This document shows positions 49,639 through 59,683 of a stretch of 64,000 nt of DNA, in pieces. Source of the DNA: Limnochordia bacterium (GTDB lineage Bacteria; Bacillota; Limnochordia; DTU080). The notes under the pieces are model-generated. The model made no database searches. It was not told the DNA's origin and was given only the letters and a program-made list of their open reading frames with translations. Position 1 is the stretch's first letter; every line of letters begins with the position of its first letter. Where the stretch lies: positions 256,001-320,000 of the forward strand of contig JBMNJG010000005.1 in assembly GCA_050951545.1 (NCBI GenBank), in the 5' to 3' direction. The translations under genes and the position numbers were made by a program.

Positions 49639-50763
49639 ATGACCTTTCGTGAGCGTTACTTGCAGACCTTGCTTTTTGGCAAACCTGACCGTATTCCATT
49701 GATGCCAGGCGGGCCACGCGAATCCACGCTGCGCGCCTGGCACCAGCAAGGCCTTCCGGAGGGGCAGCCCTACTTTGGCGCCTTGCTTCAAGAGCTGAGG
49801 TTGCCCTCAATGCCAGGAGGTCTGCATCATCTGGGGGTCTCTTTCCAAATGATCCCCACCTTTGAAGAGAAAGTGCTCGCACACAAGGATGGGCATTACA
49901 TCGTCCAAGACTGGATGGGGGCTACTACCGAGATCTCCGATCAGTACGATTACACATACATTCGCAGTGCCAAGGATTTCGTCACCCGCAAGTGGCACAA
50001 GTTCCCGGTCGAAACCCATGCTGACTGGGAGCAGATGCGCACTCGGTACTCCCTGGATACTCCCGGCCGATCCCCCGAGGATTTCGCCAGCCGCTGCCGT
50101 GATCTACAGAAGCGAGACGTCATAGTCACGGTGCAGATCAATGGCCCCTTTTGGCAGTTGCGCGAGTGGTGCGGCTTTGAAAACCTCTGCATGCTTTTTC
50201 TTGATGACCCAGGGTTTGTGCAGGATATGATCTCGTTTTGGACCGGTTTCGTCTCACAGATGCTTGAGCGCATTTTCGAACACGTGACCCTTGACCGCCT
50301 CGGCATCTCTGAAGACATGGCCTTCAAAGAACGCAGCATGATCTCCCCAGCCATGACCCGCGAGTTCCTTGTACCCAGCTACAAGTGCTGGGTGGCCCAA
50401 GCGCGATCAGCAGGATGCCCCATCGTGGACATGGACTCCGACGGTTATATCGCAGAGCTCATCCCCCTCTGGATCGAATCGGGGGTCAACGTATGTGACC
50501 CTGTTGAAGTGGCCGCCGGAAACGATATTACGGCTTTTCGCCGGCAGTTCAGGACAAACATGGCCTACAAGGGCGGTATCGACAAGCGAGCTATTGCCAA
50601 AGGTGGTCGCGTAATCGAAGCCGAACTCAGGCGCGTGGTGCCCCCACTGCTCGAAGAGGGCGGCTTCATCCCTGGATGTGACCACGGAGTACCTCCTGAT
50701 ATCTCCTGGTCCAACTTTGTACACTACGCTCGACTTTTGGCGGACCTTTGCGGGTGGTTGTAG
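49639..50763 (+). CDS. Uroporphyrinogen decarboxylase (URO-D/MtaA/CmuA) family protein
   Basis: MTFRER...KPDRIP, GPFWQLREWCGFE, EDMAFK..MISP, DSDG, GGIDKR, GGFIPGCDHGVPPDIS. Confidence 0.88.
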   Translation: MTFRERYLQTLLFGKPDRIPLMPGGPRESTLRAWHQQGLPEGQPYFGALLQELRLPSMPGGLHHLGVSFQMIPTFEEKVLAHKDGHYIVQDWMGATTEISDQYDYTYIRSAKDFVTRKWHKFPVETHADWEQMRTRYSLDTPGRSPEDFASRCRDLQKRDVIVTVQINGPFWQLREWCGFENLCMLFLDDPGFVQDMISFWTGFVSQMLERIFEHVTLDRLGISEDMAFKERSMISPAMTREFLVPSYKCWVAQARSAGCPIVDMDSDGYIAELIPLWIESGVNVCDPVEVAAGNDITAFRRQFRTNMAYKGGIDKRAIAKGGRVIEAELRRVVPPLLEEGGFIPGCDHGVPPDISWSNFVHYARLLADLCGWL

Positions 50764-50785
50764 ACCCCCCTCTGTGCCAAGATTG

Positions 50786-50839
50786 GTGAGACACCTTCCA
50801 TCCCGAATTGTGCCGATGAGGTGTTGGAAGGCGTCTCAC
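50786..50839. terminator. Long intergenic inverted repeat
   Basis: GTGAGACACCTTCCA ... TGGAAGGCGTCTCAC (14/15 match) after the URO-D stop. Confidence 0.5.
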
Positions 50840-51013
50840 AGGGCTTGACACGTACAGCTCGGCCTCCTGGAGGGGAGACTAATGAACGTGAAGAATAGCC
50901 ACATCATACCCGTCGTCACCACAGCCAATTTCCACAGCGAACGGGACAATCTCGATGCAGTATCCTCATACAGGAAACACAGAGTATCGCCACAGAGAAA
51001 CGGAGGAAGCAGA

Positions 51014-51576
51014 TTGAGACTACGCCATATCTACAAAACAGTGATAGTAGCTCTTTGTCTTGGCGCCATACTATGTGGACAAGCACTGGCAAAAACACAG
51101 ATTGTGCAGTTCGCTTCCGTGAATCATGGTGACGCACACCGGGAATTCCTTGAAGCATCCAGAATAATTTATGAAGCCCAGAACCCAGACGTACAGATCG
51201 AGATCATCACTGGTGATCAGAACAAAGCAATGACCATGATAGTGGCTGGGGCACAGCTGGATGTTATCGACATGTCGACCAACGAAGCACCGCAGTTTTT
51301 TGCCAGTGGCTTGCTCAAGAACCTGGCTCCTTATATCGCCAAGGACAAGAGCTTTGACATCCGTGCTTTTGTGCCAGTCAGCACGCTGGGCTACCAGGCG
51401 CGGGGTGAGGTCTTCGGCCTGCCTACCAGCACTTTCCAGATCCTGTGCTGGTATAACAAAGACCTCTTTCAGCAAGCAGGCGTGCTGGATCCAAACGAGT
51501 TAGGGTCGAACTGGAACTGGGAAAGTGTCATCTCTGCGGGTAAGAAACTCACCCGTGATACCACTGGTGACGGGGT
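51014..51576 (+). pseudogene. 5' half of an SBP family 1 gene (truncated)
   Basis: GGAGG RBS before TTG 51014; signal peptide ALA/K; AGAQLDVI, WYNKDLFQQAGV, WNWE..KKLTRDTTGDG, then similarity ends. Confidence 0.8.
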
Positions 51577-51888
51577 TTCTATGTCGACCTCTCAGCGCGC
51601 CTGGCTGAGCTCGGCCGCAAACCGCGACAGACACGGGAGTTCTTCTTGCGCTACCAAGATCGAATTCTCTTTGGCACAGACGGGTTAGACGCACCGAGCA
51701 TGTACCGTAACCATTTCCGTTTCCTAGAAACCGCTGACGAATGCTTTGAGGACTGGATGTACCCAAACCATGGCTTCTTCTTTATCTCCGGTCTGAGTCT
51801 GCCCGACGATGTCCTACGCAAGATCTATGCAGACAACGCCCTCGCGCTCATTCCCGGCCTGGCATCACCGACCACGAGTCATTCCTGA
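51577..51888 (+). pseudogene. 3' fragment of an amidohydrolase_2 family gene
   Basis: Frame from 51577 reads FYVDLSARLAELGRKPRQTREFFLRYQDRILFGTD...GLSLPDDVLRKIYADNA; no N-terminal part. Confidence 0.8.
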
Positions 51889-51917
51889 GAGATCGCCAGC
51901 TGAGTCAGTAGTAGTCG

Positions 51918-51941
51918 AAAGGCCACCGAAAGGCGGCCTTT
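51918..51941. terminator. Probable bidirectional terminator
   Basis: AAAGGCCACC-GAAA-GGCGGCCTTT with T-rich flank, between convergent genes. Confidence 0.65.
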
Positions 51942-51978
51942 GTCTTTGGCTGAGCTCACCTAACTCTTGTGAGGGTGG

Positions 51979-53274
51979 TTACTTACTGCTTCGATTCCAG
52001 TCATCGAGCATGGCTTGAATAACGGGGCTGGCCTCTTCGAGGGCCAGCGCGGGGCTCTTTGTGCCCGTATAGACCACTGGCGAGATCACGCGATTGTAAT
52101 ACAGTGTCCGTGTTTCCCCCGGAACTTGCTCAGGTAGTACCTGGGAGAGCGGCTCTTCGATCATCTGAATCATGGCTGGGATATTCACGCCTTTGTGAGC
52201 GTTAAGAAAGGCGGATACTGCCACGCTCCTTCGGGCGGGCGGAATGCCCCAGCCGAGCTCCATCGCCAGGGTCTGCCCCTCAACGCTCGCGATGTACTCA
52301 AGAACCTTCCAGGCCTCGTCGGGATGCCTGCACCCAACGGGGATGGCGTACGGTGTCTCTGGCCAAATATTAGTCGCTCGACTACCTCGGAAAGTAGGCG
52401 TCAAGGCGATGTCCCAATCAAGCTCAGGGAAGGCCTTCATGTATCCGAACATGAAGCTACCCCACAGCATAGAAGCTGTCTTCTGCCTCCCGAAGTCCGC
52501 GTAACCGCCGCTATTGGCAGGCATCACGCGATGCGCGTGGGCAAGATCGTGAGCGAACTGCAAAGCATCCCTGACTGCCTCGGAGTTTCCCAGGAATCTG
52601 GTACCATCAGGACTGAATAGCGGGCCGCCGCCTGCTGCATAGCCAAAAGGATACACTTCTCGGCCTGAGCCGCCACCAATGCCGAGAAGACCATATGTCT
52701 CAGGAACACCGTCCCCGTCTTTGTCCCGCGTCAGTCTCTGTAGTTCGCGCGTCCCCTCCCGCTCCCACTTCCAAGCGTCAGAGGGATACGGAACACCTGC
52801 CTCCTCAAACTGGCGGGTATTATAGAAAAAGGTGCTCACCGCCGCTCCAAGCGGTAGCGCATACAGCTTGCCATTCCAACTGAGGGTGCCCTCAAGCAGA
52901 ATCGGCCAGAAGTCGTTGCGTACCGAGCGAGGAAGGGTCTCAAAACGTCTGGTAATATCCTGTATGAGCCCCGCCCTTGCCACTTCTGGGACTCCCCATA
53001 GTCTAGCCACATCGGGCGACACGCCACCAGCCACTAATACCGCGAGGCGCTCCTGTGGACTACCAGAGGAACTCGGCAAGATGTCAATCCCTATGCCGGG
53101 GTTCTGTTCCTCAAAACCCTCAAAGAACGCAGCAGAGCGCTTGAGATAGTCGTCATTCCCGTGGACGAGTACCTGTAAGCTGACCGAACCCACCTCAGCC
53201 TCAGTGACCAGCGCATGTGCAAAAACGAGCATGACTAGAACAAACAAGACCGTGGATTTCGCTGTGCGAGACAT
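51979..53274 (-). CDS. ABC transporter sugar-binding protein (SBP family 1)
   Basis: Signal peptide; LVAGGVSPDV, FYNTRQFEEAGVPYP, WKWE, EAWKVLEY; GGAGG RBS. Confidence 0.88.
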   Translation of the reverse strand: MSRTAKSTVLFVLVMLVFAHALVTEAEVGSVSLQVLVHGNDDYLKRSAAFFEGFEEQNPGIGIDILPSSSGSPQERLAVLVAGGVSPDVARLWGVPEVARAGLIQDITRRFETLPRSVRNDFWPILLEGTLSWNGKLYALPLGAAVSTFFYNTRQFEEAGVPYPSDAWKWEREGTRELQRLTRDKDGDGVPETYGLLGIGGGSGREVYPFGYAAGGGPLFSPDGTRFLGNSEAVRDALQFAHDLAHAHRVMPANSGGYADFGRQKTASMLWGSFMFGYMKAFPELDWDIALTPTFRGSRATNIWPETPYAIPVGCRHPDEAWKVLEYIASVEGQTLAMELGWGIPPARRSVAVSAFLNAHKGVNIPAMIQMIEEPLSQVLPEQVPGETRTLYYNRVISPVVYTGTKSPALALEEASPVIQAMLDDWNRSSK

Positions 53275-53487
53275 ATGGTAACCTCCATTTTATACCTCTG
53301 ACCCAAGTTCCTAGACTAGTTCAAGGCCCGATCACAGAAACCAGCACACCATTTCTGATCATTTCACCGGCTAGACTGTTCATCCTGCCGCTTTGACCTA
53401 TTTGCATATGCACGCGTGGAAGGCTCTTGCACCTTACCTAACGAATACCCTCCTTGTATTTCCAATTCTGGAGGTGTATTTGCGAAC

Positions 53488-54383
53488 ATGTGGTACTGCT
53501 GGCGAAACTGGTGCCGCTCTAGTATCGTTCTGTCCCTAGCCGTTGCCGTAACATTCCCTGGCAGCAGCTTCCCTGCATCGGCCAAGACTCAGTTACTTGT
53601 AATGGACTGGAAACTAAATGAGACACCTGCCACACAGGCCTGGTTTCAGCAAGTCAAGGAGGCTTTTGAAGCAGAACACGCGGGAGTTGAAGTTGAGTAC
53701 GTGTCAGCAGCATTCGGCGATACATACCGGGAGAAACTACTGGTCGGAACCGCCGCCGGAACTGCACCTGATGTAGCATCGCTGTCCATCATCTGGGCAC
53801 CAAGGAGGGCTGGGAAGCAGGCGAGTTCCTGGCCCAGCTGCAGCTAGGAGGGCTGCTGGGCGGCAGCTTTGAAACACGTACTGCAGCCATGCGCTATGGC
53901 CTGAATGCCACGCCCTACTTCCTCGACAGAGATGCGCCCGACCTGAACTTCCAAGTGACCAGCTTTCCACAAGGGCCCTCTGGTACGCAACGAGGCTCCA
54001 CGGTATGGGGTAACATGTACTCCATTTCCGCAACCAGCAAAAACCCTGGTCTAGCCTGGGAGTTCATCGCCTACTATGCCAGCCTACGAGGTAACATTGG
54101 CATCTTCGAGGCTCTCGACTACGTCACCTCGCCGCGTCTTGATTTTTACCGTTCACGGCAGTGGATTGCCGCCCGTTCCCGCCACGATTGGATGCCCCTG
54201 GTACCTGAGATAGCCTACGTAGGCGGTGTCTACCCCTTCCTAGAGTCACACAGACTCACGCATCAGGTCTGGAATCCGCTTATGCGGCCAGCTCTCATGG
54301 GGACGGCACCAGTTCAGAGCTCTTTCACCCAAGCAGCTGAGATATACGACCGCTTCCTCGCAGACATGATGCCCAGTAAGTAG
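53488..54383 (+). pseudogene. SBP family 1 gene with internal deletion and frameshift near 53797
   Basis: GGAGGTG RBS, ATG 53488, signal peptide, ...TAAGTAPDVASLSIIW, then another frame resumes TKEGWEAGEFLAQL...AAMRYG...FPQGPSG...LAWEFIAY; the central YN/WTW region is missing. Confidence 0.8.
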
Positions 54384-54513
54384 CAGCCCCATCTCACTCA
54401 AAGCTGGTTCGTTGGTCATGAGACAGCGATAGCCATCGTGTGACTTAGCTGGAACAAGAACCAAATGGAGGGTCACACGATGGCTGCGACTACACTTCCC
54501 CGTACAATGCTCC

Positions 54514-55689
54514 TCAAAGATGCGACAGCCTTCGTTCCTTACTTAGAAGGAGCGTTACCGAAAAAACAGCTACAGCGAAGCCCAGCTGAATCAGGATGCT
54601 GCCGTAGATTGGGCGCAGATTATCCGCAGTCAGTCCCGAAAGAGCCGCGATGGCATCGTTTGCCTGGATGAACCAGTACGACGGCAGAAACCTCGCCACT
54701 GATAGCACTGATTTGCTCATGATTGACTGGGGCACGAACACCCCGCCCAGGAAGCTCATGCCAAGGGTGATGACGTTAATCGCTCCCGCTTGCGAAGCAC
54801 CGTCCTTCACAAAGCTGCCTATGAGAAGGCCCAGGCATGCGCATACCGCTGCAAAGACCAAGGTGTTAAGGGAATAAAGGCCTGCCAACCCCGATGACGC
54901 CAGGCTTTCTCCATGAAATACTAGGCTACCTAGCATGAGTACTGTCCAGCAACCCAAAGCGAAGACTCCGTGCCCAGCCGCCAGCTCAAGGCTCATCTTT
55001 CTGCTCGGCAATGGCGCACATAAGTTGCGCAGATGCAGATCGGGCCTGTTGAAAGCGATCATGATCGAGCTTACTCCCTGCATCACCATCGCCAGCAAGG
55101 CATAGGCGCAGTAGGCAAAATAGTAGGAGTACGCGGGACGTTCGCCTCCGTTTGTAGCGCCTAGAAAGCCCACTGCCACCGGTCTGTCAACGGCCAAGTC
55201 AGCCCTCGTAGCCGCGACTAGCTCGGCCTGGGACGTCTCTCTGCCATACTTATGATGAAACCTCATAGTGTTGAGAAACCTGTCGATGCTCATGTCAACA
55301 TAGTAGCTGCTGGTGGATTTGGGCACGATGACCTTCTGGATGACGTAGTTGCCATCCGACATGAATTGCTCCGAGAAACCCGCTGGGATGATGGCAATGT
55401 ACTCCACGTTTCGAAAGAACAGTGCGTCCTGAAGCTTCTCTGGATCGTCTGGGTACGGAACCAGTCGACTTGCCTGACTCAGGTATTCGACGAGTCCCTG
55501 CGCGATGAGCCCGTCACCATCTCGGTTGATCACGGCCACAGGAGTCTTGGTCGGCTCAAAAGCCATACTCGCTGTCTCTGGCGCGATCGAGGAGAACAAC
55601 ACGGCAAGCCCCAGGAAAATGGTGAGGCTGATGGCTATTGGCACCGCCGAACCGCGCATCACTTTGAAATAGGCCCTAAACACTGGCAT
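54514..55689 (-). CDS. ABC-2 type exporter permease
   Basis: N-terminal TM, PVAVINRD extracellular loop, five C-terminal TMs, SFLGGVFVP, RFLPSYW. Confidence 0.88.
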   Translation of the reverse strand: MPVFRAYFKVMRGSAVPIAISLTIFLGLAVLFSSIAPETASMAFEPTKTPVAVINRDGDGLIAQGLVEYLSQASRLVPYPDDPEKLQDALFFRNVEYIAIIPAGFSEQFMSDGNYVIQKVIVPKSTSSYYVDMSIDRFLNTMRFHHKYGRETSQAELVAATRADLAVDRPVAVGFLGATNGGERPAYSYYFAYCAYALLAMVMQGVSSIMIAFNRPDLHLRNLCAPLPSRKMSLELAAGHGVFALGCWTVLMLGSLVFHGESLASSGLAGLYSLNTLVFAAVCACLGLLIGSFVKDGASQAGAINVITLGMSFLGGVFVPQSIMSKSVLSVARFLPSYWFIQANDAIAALSGLTADNLRPIYGSILIQLGFAVAVFSVTLLLSKERRLSHL

Positions 55690-56818
55690 ACCTTTCCCTC
55701 CTCAGCTGCATAAAGCTTGCCGTGCACATAATGGCCGAGAGCAGGCACAACATGCCTATGTTGATGAAGAATCTGCGATGGCTATCGAATACATACAGGC
55801 TGTAGAAGGCGTCTGATATCAGAGCCGCAGGGTTAATGTAGGAGAGCACTGGTGCCTTGCGAGCAACGATATCCTTTACCTCAACCCACATCAGACCTGC
55901 CAAGAAGCTCATGGTCATGCTCACGCCAATAAGGATGCCCGTCTTAGCATTCTCGCTTCCCCGGACAACTGTACCGATAAAGCCACCGAATGAGACTCCC
56001 GCGACGCAGCCTGCAAGACATGTCAGCAGCACGTAGCCTATCTGGTTTCCGAAGCTGATGCGTAGTACGAACGCCATGTACGCAAGCAGAATCAGCACCT
56101 CTGCAAAGCTGATAATAAGCGCTGCGGCTGCATCCGATAGCACTACACCCAGCTTGTGTGTAGGCGCTACGGAGCGCCGCGCCCCGCGGGCAGATAGGTC
56201 AGCCTGAACGTCGATGGCGTTACGCAGCCCCCAAAAGCTACTGTACATGCACGCCATGGCAATCAAAGCGTAGAAGAAGCCGAGTATGGTATCAGGCTTG
56301 GCATTCGAGAAAGAGATTTGCTCGGTATAGCTCCTACGGTCCCCCAGCTCTGCAATCAACTGCTGCGCCACGGCTGGGTTCTTCGCCAGGACGCTCGTAA
56401 CCGTTCTGGAGGTGTATGCATACTCATCTAGAATCGCCTTGAGGACGCTCTGCTCGATACCTGACTTTTTCACTGTAAGCCCAATCGCCTGGTCGACGGT
56501 GATGATGCCCGTAACGGCCCCATCTGCAAGAAGCCTCTCAGCCTCCTGCTCATCCGCTACAGTCAACTCGAGTATCTGAGCTTCTCCTGGCTGTGACAGC
56601 GACTCCAGCATCTCGTGGAACCTGATGTCTTTCCGGTACGCCTGACTATCTACGACCGCCACACGTATAGGGTTGAAGCTTTCCAGCTCCTCTGTGAGAT
56701 GGCCAATAGTAAAATGGAACAGCGTTGCCAACAGCAAAGAAAAGGCCAGCGTCCAAAAGACCAGTTCCCGATTGCGCAAGAGACACTTCAATCGATAGCT
56801 GAACACATGCTTGAACAT
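55676..56818 (-). CDS. ABC-2 type exporter permease
   Basis: GGAGGTG RBS before ATG 56818; LLRNRELVFWTL, IRVAVVD, RRSVAPT, SFLAGL, INPAALI. Confidence 0.88.
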   Translation of the reverse strand: MFKHVFSYRLKCLLRNRELVFWTLAFSLLLATLFHFTIGHLTEELESFNPIRVAVVDSQAYRKDIRFHEMLESLSQPGEAQILELTVADEQEAERLLADGAVTGIITVDQAIGLTVKKSGIEQSVLKAILDEYAYTSRTVTSVLAKNPAVAQQLIAELGDRRSYTEQISFSNAKPDTILGFFYALIAMACMYSSFWGLRNAIDVQADLSARGARRSVAPTHKLGVVLSDAAAALIISFAEVLILLAYMAFVLRISFGNQIGYVLLTCLAGCVAGVSFGGFIGTVVRGSENAKTGILIGVSMTMSFLAGLMWVEVKDIVARKAPVLSYINPAALISDAFYSLYVFDSHRRFFINIGMLCLLSAIMCTASFMQLRRERYASV

Positions 56819-56834
56819 GGCTTCGCACCTCCCC

Positions 56835-57768
56835 TCAGTCCCGCAGTTGCCTGCCAGTGATCTCGAGGAACACATCATTCAACGTTGGCTGCTCCGAGAA
56901 GACCCTGTTGAAAGGGAGATCACGCGACTTCAGATAGTCCAGCAGACACAACAGGTTGTGCTCACCGCCATCGTAATGGACTGAGAGACGGTTGTCGGCA
57001 TAGTGCACCCGGGTCACGTAAGGCAACTGACGGATCTGAGTCAGATCGTCAGGCTGCAACATATACATCTCCACACTGATAGTCTCACCATCGTTGATCA
57101 TCGCCTTCAACTCTTCCTTGGTGCCCGTAGCCAGTGTCTTGCCCTTATCCATGATGACGATGCGCGTGCAGAGCTGTTCGACCTCTTCCATGTAGTGCGA
57201 AGTGTATACTACAGTAGTCGCCCTCTCGGTTGAGCTCCCGGATCCCTTCCAGAATGCTGTTACGGCTCTGCGGATCAACTGCAACCGTTGGTTCGTCCAG
57301 TATGAGAAGCTTCGGTTTGTGAGCGATGCCGCAGGCGATGTTCAGCCGGCGCAGTAGCCCCCCCGACAGTTTCCTGGGAGAAAACTTCCGAAACTCCCCG
57401 AGCTCCACAAAGTCGATAGCTTCCTTAACCAGCTGGCGACGGGTTTTCGGATCCCGGACATACAGGCCGCAGAAATAGTCGACGTTTTCATCCACCCGCA
57501 ACTCGTCAAAGACGGCCACGTTTTGCATCACAATGCCGATATTCCGCTTGATCTCGTAGGCATCCGGCGTCATGGGCCTGCCAAATACCTCAATCGTGCC
57601 CTTGTCATATTTCAGAAGCGACAGGATGCAGTTGATCGCCGTCGTCTTGCCCGACCCGTTAGGCCCAAGCAGGCCGACGATCTCCCCCTCACCCACTTGC
57701 AGATCAAAATGATCGAGCGCAAGCAGGCTTCCATACCGCTTCACCAAGTTCTGCACGTTAATGAGCAT
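56835..57768 (-). pseudogene. ABC-2 exporter ATP-binding subunit, split by a +1 frameshift near 57220
   Basis: GPNGSGKT, LSGGLLRRL, ILDEPTVAVDPQSR...LNREG in one frame; TTVVYTSHYMEEVEQLC...PTLNDVFLEITG in the next; may be a consensus artefact. Confidence 0.88.
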
Positions 57769-57848
57769 GACCACCCCTCCTCACTTTCCGGTTTCATTCT
57801 ACAACCAAGGGTCGGCGCACTGTAGATGCTGGCCATCAGCTTCGCCAG

Positions 57849-57860
57849 TGACAATTGTCA
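57849..57860. promoter_or_regulatory. Palindromic candidate response-regulator binding site
   Basis: TGACAATTGTCA perfect dyad between the divergent ABC and two-component operons. Confidence 0.55.
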
Positions 57861-57926
57861 TCATCCGCATGATGGAATTGATGGGTACGGGCAAGCATGG
57901 TAGACTTACTGCCAAAGGAGACGTTC

Positions 57927-59030
57927 ATGCAGGCCATTGCCGACAGGCTGTTAGTGCTAATCTGCTGCGCTGCGCTGCTGCCAGGACAGGCTTACGACAC
58001 TACTGCCGTCGTAGCCATGCTAGCGGCGATGACGGTGAGTGCGCTCAATGGCTACACCAGATCCCGCTCATTCCTCATCGCAAGCGTAGTCTCGTACACT
58101 GTGGCGAGCATGGCCTGGCCAGCCTTCTGTCTCTTTACCCCACTAGTGCTGTACGATGCACTGACCTACTCCCACATTACCGGACAGGGTCTGTGGACTC
58201 TCGCGGCGGTGGGTTCACTTGTAGTATGTTTCGCGAACCTTTCGATTCCCACAGCGCTGATAATCGCTGCTCTGACAGCGGTGGCCTATGTATTGGCGAT
58301 GCGTACTACCGCGATAGAGCGAAGCCAGACTAAGGCGAAACAGCTGCGCGACAGTGGCTACGAAATGGCCATGCTTCTCAGAAAGCAGAATCAGGACCTC
58401 ATTGAAAAGCAAGACTACGAACTCCGTCTGGCAACGCTTAGTGAGCGCGGACGGATCGCCCGGGAGATCCACGACCATGTGGGCCACCTACTCTCCCGAT
58501 CGATTCTGCAAGTAGGCGCACTTATGTTTTCCAGGATCAGTGAAGAGGAAAAGCAGAGCCTGTCAGTTATTCGCGACACGCTGTCGCAGGCCATGGACAG
58601 CATTCGCACCAGTGTGCATGACCTCCATGACGAATCCTTCGATTTTAGGATTCGGACTGAGGCCCTGGTACAGGAATTCACGTTCTGCCCCATTAGGCTC
58701 GACTACAGGCTGGAGCACGAGCCCGAGAGAGACATTGCCTACTGCTTCATCGCCATCGTCAAGGAGGGCCTGAACAACATAATCCGCCATTCAGACGCGA
58801 CCCAAGTGACCTTGGCACTGCTAGAGCATCCAGCCCTCTACCAACTGGTGTTGCGAGACAACGGATCACAATCGACTAGCGAGTCAGGGGAAGGCCTTGG
58901 TCTGCGTAGCATTGCGGATCGAGTGGACGCGCTGGACGGCCAATTCGTGGTGGAGCGAGACGACGGATTCAGGCTCTTCATCTCAGTCCCGAAGGGGAGG
59001 CAGTTGCATGAGAGTGCTCATAGTCGATGA
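57927..59030 (+). CDS. Sensor histidine kinase (HisKA_3, NarX/DesK-type)
   Basis: AAGGAG RBS; TM N-terminus; ERGRIAREIHDHVGHLL, EGLNNIIRHS, LRDNG, GLGLRSIADRV. Confidence 0.93.
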   Translation: MQAIADRLLVLICCAALLPGQAYDTTAVVAMLAAMTVSALNGYTRSRSFLIASVVSYTVASMAWPAFCLFTPLVLYDALTYSHITGQGLWTLAAVGSLVVCFANLSIPTALIIAALTAVAYVLAMRTTAIERSQTKAKQLRDSGYEMAMLLRKQNQDLIEKQDYELRLATLSERGRIAREIHDHVGHLLSRSILQVGALMFSRISEEEKQSLSVIRDTLSQAMDSIRTSVHDLHDESFDFRIRTEALVQEFTFCPIRLDYRLEHEPERDIAYCFIAIVKEGLNNIIRHSDATQVTLALLEHPALYQLVLRDNGSQSTSESGEGLGLRSIADRVDALDGQFVVERDDGFRLFISVPKGRQLHESAHSR

Positions 59031-59628
59031 TGACCCACTGGTCTGTCAATCACTCAAGACTATTCTGCACGCTGACGGTGACATTGAAGTAGTCGGCACG
59101 GGCCATGACGGCCACGAAGCAGTGGCGCTCTTTGCGCAGCTCGAGCCCGACGTCCTCCTCATGGATATCCGCATGGAGAGGATGACGGGGCTCGAAGCCT
59201 GCGAACGCATTCTCGCCCGGTTCCCGGACGCGCGCCTTCTCTTCCTAACCACGTTTCTTGATGATGAGTACATCGTGCAAGCGCTTCGGCTGGGTGCTAA
59301 GGGGTACATCCTAAAGCAAGACTTTGAGAGCATCATCCCCGCCCTCAAGGCGGTGCACATGGGCCAAAGCGTGTTTGGCGATGCCATCGTCACTAAACTG
59401 CCGAAACTACTCAGCAAGAGCGGACAAGGCAGTCTGGCAGAACTGGGAATCACGGAAAGAGAACAGAACATCATAGAACTCGTAGCAAAAGGTCTCAGCA
59501 ACCGTGAGATCGCCGAGACCTTGTATCTGAGTGAAGGCACAGTCCGCAATTACATCAGTGTCATCCTCGAAAAGCTAGAGCTGCGAGACCGCACGCAACT
59601 GGCCGTATTCTACCTCAAACACGCCTGA
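59008..59628 (+). CDS. NarL/LuxR family response regulator
   Basis: MRVLIVDDD, LLMDIRM, LTTF, GYILK, ITEREQNIIELVAKGLSNREIAETLYLSEGTVRNYIS. Confidence 0.95.
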   Translation: MRVLIVDDDPLVCQSLKTILHADGDIEVVGTGHDGHEAVALFAQLEPDVLLMDIRMERMTGLEACERILARFPDARLLFLTTFLDDEYIVQALRLGAKGYILKQDFESIIPALKAVHMGQSVFGDAIVTKLPKLLSKSGQGSLAELGITEREQNIIELVAKGLSNREIAETLYLSEGTVRNYISVILEKLELRDRTQLAVFYLKHA

Positions 59629-59645
59629 TGCAACTGCCCGTCGGG

Positions 59646-59671
59646 TGAGGGACAGCCGAAGCCGTCCCTCA
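59646..59671 (-). terminator. cUUCGg tetraloop hairpin downstream of SBP gene
   Basis: Minus strand TGAGGGACGGC-TTCG-GCTGTCCCTCA between convergent genes. Confidence 0.65.
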
Positions 59672-59683
59672 TGGCACCGCCGC

